Below the pieces are notes generated by a model, which had not been told where the DNA came from, ran no database searches, and saw nothing but the letters and a program-made list of their open reading frames with translations. A program made the translations under genes and the position numbers. A stretch of DNA of 13,130 bases from Gammaproteobacteria bacterium. GTDB taxonomy: Bacteria; Pseudomonadota; Gammaproteobacteria; Steroidobacterales; Rariloculaceae. Shown one piece after another: positions 7,065 through 13,130 of this stretch. The stretch spans positions 1 through 13,130 of the forward strand of contig JASFSD010000028.1 of NCBI GenBank assembly GCA_050114575.1. Reading direction: 5' to 3'. Each line of letters begins with the position of its first letter. The stretch's first letter is position 1.

Positions 7065-7250
7065 CGAAAGAGCATTAGAATGGATTCAGGTAGAACCACT
7101 AATCGTTGAGAGTCTATTAAGTGGGGTAGAAGATATAAATATTGCGATAATAGTTCATAAATGTGGGTCCATTAGCAGTTATGGAGGCCATAATATTAAT
7201 AATAGTGGTTTAAAGATTGTTCCCCTTTCACTTTCTGCGCGGCGCGGTCG
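7065..7250. promoter_or_regulatory. AT-rich divergent promoter/regulatory region between the TRAP SBP gene and dtd
   Basis: By hand count, 7111-7220 is about 31% GC, against a window that is otherwise strongly GC-rich. It lies between two divergently transcribed genes. A weak sigma70-like candidate for dtd is TTAGCA (7172-7177)-N16-TATTAA (7194-7199). I could not find a convincing promoter for the minus-strand gene. Confidence 0.4.
7092..7212 (+). repeat. Phased short repeats: three direct copies of TAA-N1-2-GTGG(G/T)(G/T)T with GTGG starting at 7121, 7163 and 7205 (exact 42-bp spacing), plus one inverted copy
   Basis: Direct copies are ttaaGTGGGGTa (7117-7128), taaatGTGGGTc (7158-7169) and taataGTGGTTt (7200-7211). 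The inverted copy at 7092-7100 (agaaccact) is the reverse complement AGTGGTTCT, compared with AGTGGTTTA at 7204-7212. The 8-mer ATAATAGT also occurs twice (7148-7155 and 7199-7206). Confidence 0.45.
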
Positions 7251-7703
7251 ATGATTGCCTTGCTGCAACGCGTTGCCGAGGCCAGCGTCTCCGTGGACGG
7301 CGAGACGATCGCAGCCATCGGGCCGGGAATGCTCGTGCTCGTGGCCATCGAGCGCGGCGACGGGCCGGCCCAGGTGGAGCGAATGGCCGAGCGCCTGCTG
7401 AAGTTCAGGCTGTTCAGCGATTCCGCGGGCCGGATGAATCTGGATCTGCTCACCAGCCGTGGCGAGCTCCTCCTCGTGCCGCAGTTTACGCTGGCTGCCG
7501 ACACCGACTCCGGTCACCGGCCGAGCTTTTCCGGTTCGGCCGATCCCAGTGAGGCCCGCGCTTTGTTCGATGAGCTCTGCGCGGCCATACGGCGACTCGG
7601 TCAGCAGGTGGCGACCGGGCGCTTCGGCGCCGATATGCGGGTCGCACTGGTCAATGATGGACCGGTCACGTTTCAGCTCCGTGTCGGCGGCGCAAACGGC
7701 TGA
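7251..7703 (+). CDS. dtd: D-aminoacyl-tRNA deacylase
   Basis: 150 aa. Motifs: MIALLQRV N-terminus, LLLVPQFTLAADT..GHRPSF, and GRFGADMRVALVNDGPVTF. All are characteristic of the Dtd family. Confidence 0.93.
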   Translation: MIALLQRVAEASVSVDGETIAAIGPGMLVLVAIERGDGPAQVERMAERLLKFRLFSDSAGRMNLDLLTSRGELLLVPQFTLAADTDSGHRPSFSGSADPSEARALFDELCAAIRRLGQQVATGRFGADMRVALVNDGPVTFQLRVGGANG

Positions 7704-7777
7704 TGCGCTTTTTCAGTCGCTGCCGCGAGATTTCGTATCCTCGGACGTTATAGGGAATATCAGCTCGGGAGCCTTGC

Positions 7778-8335
7778 GTGTTGAGTGTGACGGCAAAATT
7801 GCATGAATCGCAGTTCGCGGTAGAGGTGGAATATCTGTTCCGGATCGCCTACCGCCTGACCGGTGATTCACATGACGCCGAGGATCTCGTACAGGACGTT
7901 TGCGAGCGGGCGCTCCGCAGCGCACCGAACCTCGGTTCCACGGAAGAGTGGCGCCGCTGGATGTTGCGGGTTCTCTACAATCGGTTCGTCGATGGCTTGC
8001 GCCACCACCAGCGGTCGCCGATCGTTGCGTCCGCGGCCCGTCGAGCCGCGGAGTCGGCAGCCGCACAGGATTCCCTCGGCCCCGAGGAGATTGCCGCGCA
8101 GGCGGATGGCGAGACGACGCTCGTACAGGCATGGGAGAGGCTGCTGCCGGAGCAGCAGATGGTGTTGATGCTGCGTGCCGAGGGTCATGACCTCGGCGAG
8201 ATCGCCGCTGTCCTGGATATCGAGAAGCCCGCGCTGAGCTCCCGGCTGCATCGCGCGCGCTCGACACTGGCCAGGTATCTGGAAGAAGAGAGGTCGGCGC
8301 AGTCGCTGCGAGCCGTGCCGGAGAGAGGAATATGA
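7778..8335 (+). CDS. ECF-type RNA polymerase sigma factor (sigma-70 family, regions 2 and 4 only)
   Basis: GTG start at 7778 with GGGAG 6 nt upstream. Region 2 is DAEDLVQDVCERAL ... WMLRVLYNRFVDGLRHHQR. Region 4 is LPEQQMVLMLRAEGHDLGEIAAVLDIEKPALSSRLHRARSTLARYL. The stop overlaps the next gene's start (ATGA at 8332-8335). Confidence 0.9.
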   Translation: MLSVTAKLHESQFAVEVEYLFRIAYRLTGDSHDAEDLVQDVCERALRSAPNLGSTEEWRRWMLRVLYNRFVDGLRHHQRSPIVASAARRAAESAAAQDSLGPEEIAAQADGETTLVQAWERLLPEQQMVLMLRAEGHDLGEIAAVLDIEKPALSSRLHRARSTLARYLEEERSAQSLRAVPERGI

Positions 8336-8673
8336 ATTGCAAAGACGTTTCCCGCTGTTTGGATGATCTCGAGCTGCCGGCCGGGTCCGGGGCGAAAGCC
8401 CCGGGCCTGGAAGCGCACCTGGCTGAATGCAGGCACTGCGCCGAGCAATGGCGCGTCAGCGGACGGCTGCAGACCTTTCGCGCCGAGGTCCCGCCGGTCC
8501 CGGCAGCGCTCAGGGATCTCGCCTGGCAGCTCGAAGAGGCTGCCGAGTCGAAGCAGGGTCGAGGACCATCCCGGCGTCCCGTCATCATCGGCAGCCTGCT
8601 CCTGTTCGGTGTCGCGGCCTCGGCTCTGTTGGCGCCCCCCTGGGGAGGCGAGAGTGCGGAGCTTGCCGAGTAG
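8332..8673 (+). CDS. Membrane-anchored anti-sigma factor, zf-HC2 / ZAS type
   Basis: 113 aa, translationally coupled to the sigma gene. The N-terminal motif is C3-x25-H29-x3-C33-x2-C36 (MNCKDV...EAHLAECRHC; nt 8338-8340 and 8416-8439). It has a single TM helix (VIIGSLLLFGVAASALLA), and only about 12 residues (PPWGGESAELAE) follow the helix. Confidence 0.8.
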   Translation: MNCKDVSRCLDDLELPAGSGAKAPGLEAHLAECRHCAEQWRVSGRLQTFRAEVPPVPAALRDLAWQLEEAAESKQGRGPSRRPVIIGSLLLFGVAASALLAPPWGGESAELAE

Positions 8674-8739
8674 CGGCTAGGGAAGGACCAGAAGCTTTCG
8701 CGTATCATTCGTGAACATAGACTTATACGGAGAAGACGA

Positions 8740-8991
8740 ATGGGCTTAGGCGGAATCAGCCCCATTCAGCTGCTGATTATTTTTGGCATCGTGATACTGA
8801 TCTTCGGTACCGCGAAGCTGAAAAATTTCGGCGGTGATCTGGGCGGCGCTATTAAGGGGTTCAAGAAGGCCATGAACGAGGACGAGGAACCGTCCAAGCC
8901 CTCTGCCGACGATGATGCGAAACAGATCGAGACGGACGGTAAGCCTGACGCTGAGTTCTCGGAGCAGGCAGAGAAAGAAAAGCACAACTAG
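8740..8991 (+). CDS. tatA: Twin-arginine translocase subunit TatA
   Basis: 83 aa. It has an N-terminal TM helix plus an amphipathic helix ([35 protein letters not shown]) and an acidic tail. GGAG lies 7 nt upstream. Confidence 0.93.
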   Translation: MGLGGISPIQLLIIFGIVILIFGTAKLKNFGGDLGGAIKGFKKAMNEDEEPSKPSADDDAKQIETDGKPDAEFSEQAEKEKHN

Positions 8992-9009
8992 TCGGCAGGG
9001 AGTTCAGTC

Positions 9010-9381
9010 TTGTCCGGAATTGGGTTCTGGGAACTCGTTGTTCTCTTTGTCATCGGACTGCTCATCCTCGGTCCCGAACGCCTGCCGCGCGTCGCGACGC
9101 AGATAGGACGCTGGGTCGGGAAGGCAAGGCGAACGGCCAACCAACTGCGTTATCAAATAGAGCGCGAGATTGCCCTGGCCGACATCGAGAAAAAAACCAA
9201 GGACCGCGACGAGCCGAAACGCGAGGCAGAGAGTTCCGCGAAACCCGATCGTGAGCAGGCCGACGACGGGCAGGGCGAAACCAGGCCCCAGTCGGCAGAG
9301 GCTGGCGAATCCGATGCCGAGACCCCCGCCAGCGCGCCGTCCGGGAACGAGACCGGCTCTGAGGACCAGAAGTCGTCGTGA
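9010..9381 (+). CDS. tatB: Twin-arginine translocase subunit TatB
   Basis: TTG start at 9010 with AGGGAG 7 nt upstream. Motif: GFWELVVLFVIGLLILGPERLPRVATQIGRWVGKARR. It has a long charged C-terminal region and sits between tatA and tatC. Confidence 0.88.
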   Translation: MSGIGFWELVVLFVIGLLILGPERLPRVATQIGRWVGKARRTANQLRYQIEREIALADIEKKTKDRDEPKREAESSAKPDREQADDGQGETRPQSAEAGESDAETPASAPSGNETGSEDQKSS

Positions 9382-10184
9382 CCGAGAGTAATCGAATTCA
9401 CGGCGAGGAAAAGGAGGATCTCGCCGAAGGCACCCTCATCTCGCACCTGATAGAACTCCGGCAGCGGCTGTTCCGGGCGATTCTCGCCATCGTCCTGATA
9501 TTCGTCGTCCTGCTGCCGTTTCAGCAGCAGATTTTCGATTTCGTTGCGAATCCGCTGGTCGCTGCGCTGCCCGAAGGGTCGCTGCCCATATCCACGGGGC
9601 CGATCGCACCGTTCATGGTGCCGCTCAAGACCACGCTGTTCGTGGCGCTGTTCGCGGCGATGCCGGTCGTGCTCTACCAAGTCTGGCGATTCGTCGCTCC
9701 GGGGCTCTATCGGCAGGAAAAGCGTTTCGCGATGCCGCTCGTGTTTACCAGCATCGTCCTGTTCTATGTCGGCGTTGCCTTCGCCTATTTCGTCGTATTC
9801 GACCTCGTGTTTTCGTTCGTCATCGCGCAGACGCCGGACAACGTGCAGGTTGCAACGGACATCGGCGAATATCTCAGTTTCGTCCTCAGAATGTTCCTGG
9901 CTTTCGGCCTTGCATTCGAAGTTCCGATCGCAACTTTCATGCTCGTCTGGAGCCGGCTCGTTTCGTTACGTGCTCTCGGCAAGGCGAGGCCCTACGTCTT
10001 TCTCGGCGCCTTTGTCGTCGGCATGTTTCTGACGCCGCCCGATGCCATCTCGCAGACTCTGCTTGCCGTTCCGATCTACATTCTTTACGAGAGCGGGCTG
10101 ATACTCGCGCGCATCCTGTTGCGGGACCGTCTCGCGGAAGGGTCTTCCGGCGTGGACTCCGACGCCGACAATTCGTCGAGCTGA
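9378..10184 (+). CDS. tatC: Twin-arginine translocase subunit TatC
   Basis: 268 aa. The GTG start overlaps the tatB stop (GTGA at 9378-9381). Motifs: LISHLIELRQRL, six hydrophobic segments, FVAPGLYRQEKR, and MFLTPPDAISQ, all typical of TatC. Confidence 0.93.
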   Translation: MTESNRIHGEEKEDLAEGTLISHLIELRQRLFRAILAIVLIFVVLLPFQQQIFDFVANPLVAALPEGSLPISTGPIAPFMVPLKTTLFVALFAAMPVVLYQVWRFVAPGLYRQEKRFAMPLVFTSIVLFYVGVAFAYFVVFDLVFSFVIAQTPDNVQVATDIGEYLSFVLRMFLAFGLAFEVPIATFMLVWSRLVSLRALGKARPYVFLGAFVVGMFLTPPDAISQTLLAVPIYILYESGLILARILLRDRLAEGSSGVDSDADNSSS

Positions 10185-10188
10185 GCGC

Positions 10189-12057
10189 ATGCGGCAGCTG
10201 ACTGTTCGCGCGATACTGCTCGGCCTAGCGCTGTCGGCCGTGCTGGCCGGCGCAAACGCTTATCTCGGACTTTTCGCCGGGCTCACCGTCTCCGCGTCGA
10301 TTCCGGCGGCAGTTCTGTCGATGGCCATCCTGAGGCTGTTCCGGAATTCGAATATCCTCGAGAACAACATCGTTCAGACCGCGGCATCGGCCGGTGAGTC
10401 GCTTGCGGCAGGGGTCATATTCACTTTCCCGGCGCTGATCATTCTCGACTACTGGAATGCGTTCGACTATGTCTGGGTTTCGGTCGTCGCCGGTCTCGGC
10501 GGACTGCTCGGCGTTCTTTTTACGATCCCGCTCAGGCGGTCGCTGATCGTCGAGCAGCAGCTCCCCTTTCCCGAAGGCACGGCCACTGCCGAGGTGCTGC
10601 GCGCCGGTGACGACCGCGGCGGCGCCAGGATGATCGGTATCGCCGGGCTCATAGGCGGTTTGACCAAGTTCTGCGAAACCGGCTTCGGGCTCTGGGCGGC
10701 GACGGCCCAGGCCGCGGGCTACGCGGGGCGAAGCACTATCGGTTACGTCGGTGCGAATCTGTCGCCGGCGCTGATCGGTGTCGGCTATATCGTCGGGCTC
10801 AACGTCGCCGTGCTCGTCTGCATGGGCGGGGCGATCTCCTGGTATCTGGCGATTCCGATTTACTCCACCTGGTTTCTGGATACCGATGCGGCGCTCGCGG
10901 GCCAGTTTGCTGCCGGTGCCTCCGCGGCCGACCTCGCGGGCGCCATCTGGACCAGCAAGATCCGCTATCTCGGAGTCGGAGCAATGCTCGTCGGCGGCAT
11001 CTGGGCGTTGTTCTCGATGCGCGGTTCGCTATGGAGTGCGCTCGGCGGCGGACTTCAGCGAGAGAGCCGGGAGGCGTTGCAGCCGACGGAGCACGATACG
11101 CCGATGCGCTGGGTACTCGTTGGTGTCGCGGTTTTCATTGTCCCGATTGCGGCGCTCTACTATCTGATTGTTGGTTACGCCGGTGCCGCGTTCGCGATGA
11201 CGCTGGTAATGATCGTCGCCGGCTTCCTGTTTTCGTCGGTTGCCGCGTACATGGCCGGCCTCGTCGGTTCGTCGCAGAATCCGGTCTCGGGGGTTACGAT
11301 CGCGACGATTCTGTTCGCGTCGCTGCTGCTCGTCGTCGTCCTTGGGCGGGACGCCGGTGTCGGGCCTGCCGCCGCCATCATGGTTGGCGCCGTGGTCTGC
11401 TGCGCGGCAGCGATCGGCGGCGACAACATGCAGGATCTCAAGGCCGGTTATCTGGTCGGCGCCACGCCCTGGAAGCAGCAGTTGATGCAGGCCGTCGGCG
11501 TGATATCGGCGGTTCTGGTCATGGCGCCGGTTCTGAACCTGCTGCTCGAGGCCTATGGTTTCGGCGCACCCACGGCGGAGCAGCCGAATGCCCTGCCGGC
11601 GCCGCAGGCCACGCTGATGGCATCGGTCGCCGAAGGCGTGTTCGGTGTCGGGCTGCCCTGGGGCATGGTCCTGAGCGGCGCCGGTATCGGCATCCTCATC
11701 ATCGTTCTCGACGAGTATCTGAGGGCAACGCAGCGGGCCTGGCGCGCACCGGTGCTGGCGGTCGCCGTGGGTCTTTATCTGCCGCTCGAGCTTTCCGTGC
11801 CGATTCTTGCCGGAGGACTCATCGCCCACGCCGTAGGTCGATCCGGAAGGGGGCGCGGTTCGGCAAGGGCCGGCGTCCTGTTTGCGGCCGGGCTGATCAC
11901 GGGCGAAGCTCTGCTCGGTATCGCGCTCGCCGTGCCCATCGTCATAACGGGCGACGCCGACGTGCTGACGCTCGGGCTCGAGCTGCCGCCGGTCGTCGGA
12001 ATCGTGGTCGTCGCTGCGATTGCCGCGGCACTTTACCGCGTCGCTGCACGGCAATGA
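10189..12057 (+). CDS. OPT (oligopeptide transporter) superfamily membrane transporter
   Basis: 622 aa, polytopic and Gly/Ala-rich. The N-terminus (RQLTVRAILLGLALSAVLAGANAYLGLFAGLTVSASIPAAVLSMA) and NIVQTAASAGESLAAGVIFTFPAL match my recollection of bacterial OPT-family proteins. The ATG lies 4 nt after the tatC stop. Confidence 0.8.
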   Translation: MRQLTVRAILLGLALSAVLAGANAYLGLFAGLTVSASIPAAVLSMAILRLFRNSNILENNIVQTAASAGESLAAGVIFTFPALIILDYWNAFDYVWVSVVAGLGGLLGVLFTIPLRRSLIVEQQLPFPEGTATAEVLRAGDDRGGARMIGIAGLIGGLTKFCETGFGLWAATAQAAGYAGRSTIGYVGANLSPALIGVGYIVGLNVAVLVCMGGAISWYLAIPIYSTWFLDTDAALAGQFAAGASAADLAGAIWTSKIRYLGVGAMLVGGIWALFSMRGSLWSALGGGLQRESREALQPTEHDTPMRWVLVGVAVFIVPIAALYYLIVGYAGAAFAMTLVMIVAGFLFSSVAAYMAGLVGSSQNPVSGVTIATILFASLLLVVVLGRDAGVGPAAAIMVGAVVCCAAAIGGDNMQDLKAGYLVGATPWKQQLMQAVGVISAVLVMAPVLNLLLEAYGFGAPTAEQPNALPAPQATLMASVAEGVFGVGLPWGMVLSGAGIGILIIVLDEYLRATQRAWRAPVLAVAVGLYLPLELSVPILAGGLIAHAVGRSGRGRGSARAGVLFAAGLITGEALLGIALAVPIVITGDADVLTLGLELPPVVGIVVVAAIAAALYRVAARQ

Positions 12058-13130
12058 CAGCCCGCGCCCCGGTCAGCAAGCTGCCGGATACCGGCACGAC
12101 CATCTTTACGGTGATGAGTCGCCTTGCCGAGGAGCACTCGGCCGTCAACCTCTCGCAGGGGTTTCCGGATTTCGATCCGCCCGATCGCCTGGTCGAGCTC
12201 GTTGAGGAGGCGCTCGCAAACGGCAGAAATCAATACGCGCCTATGGCCGGAGTCGTCGCGCTGCGCCAGGCGATCGCAGCGGAAGTCGGTCGCCGCTACG
12301 GAATCTCGGCCGATACCGAAACCGAGATCACGATCACCAGTGGCGCGACCGAGGCGCTGTTCTGTTCGATTCTCGCGCTCGCACGAGCCGGCGATGAGGT
12401 CATCGTGTTCGATCCGGCTTACGACTCTTACGAGCCGGCGGTGACACTGGCCGGGGCCAAGGCGGTGCATCTGCCTCTTGCGGGCGCGAGCTTCGGCATC
12501 GACTTCGATCGGCTGGCCGATGCGCTGAATGAGCGGACGCGGCTCGTCGTCATCAACACACCGCACAATCCGACCGGAGCGCTGTTGTCCTCGGACGACC
12601 GCGATCAGCTCGCCGAACTGGTCGAGCCGTACGACTGTTTCGTAATCAGTGACGAGGTCTATGAGCACATCGTGTTCGATGCGGCCGGCCATGCCGGCAT
12701 TCTCGGAAATCCCGCGCTTCGGGCACGCGGGGTCTCGATCTCGTCCTTCGGCAAGACCTTTCACGCAACCGGCTGGAAGGTCGGCTATGCGATCGCGCCG
12801 CCTGCGCTGAGCCAGGAGCTCAGGCGCGTCCATCAGTTCTGCACGTTCGCGACGGCGACACCGTTACAGTGGGCAATTGCGGAATACCTCGGCGAGAAAC
12901 CCGGGCATCATCTTCAGCTGCCTGAATTCTATCGATCGAAACGGGACTACTTCCTCGCGGCCATGGCTGATACACCGTTCGCCTTCACGCCGACCCGGGG
13001 GACCTATTTTCAGCTTGCCGACTACAGCGCGATCTCGAGCCTGCCGGACGTCGAGTTCGCGAGGCGGCTGACGATCGAGCACGGAGTCGCGACGATTCCC
13101 ATTTCGGTTTTTTACCAGTCGCCGCCCGAG
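12054..13130 (+). CDS. ybdL: PLP-dependent class I aminotransferase, YbdL-like (methionine aminotransferase family); 3' end truncated by the window
   Basis: It is not in the ORF track because no stop is reached. The ATG at 12054 overlaps the OPT stop (ATGA). Translation MTARAPVSKLPDTGTTIFTVMSRLAEEHSAVNLSQGFPDFDPP... runs in frame for 359 codons to 13130. It is colinear with E. coli YbdL as I recall it: NTPHNPTG, ISDEVYEH, SSFGKTFHATGWKVGY (putative PLP Lys at nt 12753-12755), and GTYFQLADYS...VEFARRLTIEHGVATIPISVF. Confidence 0.9.
   Translation, partial: MTARAPVSKLPDTGTTIFTVMSRLAEEHSAVNLSQGFPDFDPPDRLVELVEEALANGRNQYAPMAGVVALRQAIAAEVGRRYGISADTETEITITSGATEALFCSILALARAGDEVIVFDPAYDSYEPAVTLAGAKAVHLPLAGASFGIDFDRLADALNERTRLVVINTPHNPTGALLSSDDRDQLAELVEPYDCFVISDEVYEHIVFDAAGHAGILGNPALRARGVSISSFGKTFHATGWKVGYAIAPPALSQELRRVHQFCTFATATPLQWAIAEYLGEKPGHHLQLPEFYRSKRDYFLAAMADTPFAFTPTRGTYFQLADYSAISSLPDVEFARRLTIEHGVATIPISVFYQSPPE

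Noticed and set aside
7181-7213. A 10-codon mini-ORF, ATG GAG GCC ATA ATA TTA ATA ATA GTG GTT TAA (MEAIILIIVV), upstream of dtd. It resembles an Ile/Val-rich attenuation leader peptide built from rare codons.
   Set aside because: It has no Shine-Dalgarno sequence. I can fold no alternative terminator/antiterminator hairpins or U-tract between it and dtd. The Ile/Leu codons are simply what AT-rich noncoding DNA translates to. Only ribosome profiling or conservation of the peptide could revive it.
1-13130. I scanned the window for mobile elements, CRISPR arrays, tRNA/rRNA genes, toxin-antitoxin pairs and defence-system signatures.
   Set aside because: I saw no terminal inverted repeats, transposase or integrase-like ORFs, regularly spaced direct repeats of CRISPR size, or tRNA-like T-arm (GTTCGAATC-type) sequences. 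Apart from 7065-7250, the window has uniform GC-rich core-genome composition.

Overview
This is a GC-rich (roughly 60-65% by eye), proteobacterial-looking chromosomal window. I call 16 protein-coding genes in two blocks that diverge from a ~280-bp intergenic region (6973-7250), which contains a conspicuous AT-rich island.

Minus-strand block (6972 down to 32):
- an orphan TRAP-type solute-binding protein with a twin-arginine signal and a lipobox
- azurin
- a complete A1-type heme-copper cytochrome c oxidase cluster: subunit II fused to a C-terminal di-heme cytochrome c module (ccaa3-type), subunit I, two tandem subunit III paralogues, a subunit IV-family protein, and an unassigned 95-aa membrane protein

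Plus-strand block (7251 to the window end):
- dtd
- an ECF sigma factor with a zf-HC2/ZAS-type membrane anti-sigma factor
- tatA-tatB-tatC
- an OPT-family transporter
- a YbdL-like PLP aminotransferase. It runs off the 3' end of the window, so it has no stop codon and is missing from the supplied ORF track.

I see no rRNA, tRNA, CRISPR, transposase/integrase or recognisable defence genes. The many long antisense or off-frame ORFs in the track look like high-GC artefacts.

Most of the window is core respiration, secretion and housekeeping. I do not see a clear-cut novel system. The features most worth a second look are:
1. Azurin sits directly in front of a ccaa3 oxidase operon that ends in an unknown, translationally coupled small membrane protein.
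2. A sensor-less, membrane-anchored ZAS anti-sigma/ECF pair heads a tightly packed sigma/anti-sigma-tatABC-OPT-aminotransferase array.
3. An AT-rich intergenic island carries GTGG-containing repeats phased at exactly 42 bp.

All functional assignments come from motif recognition by eye. No database search was possible.
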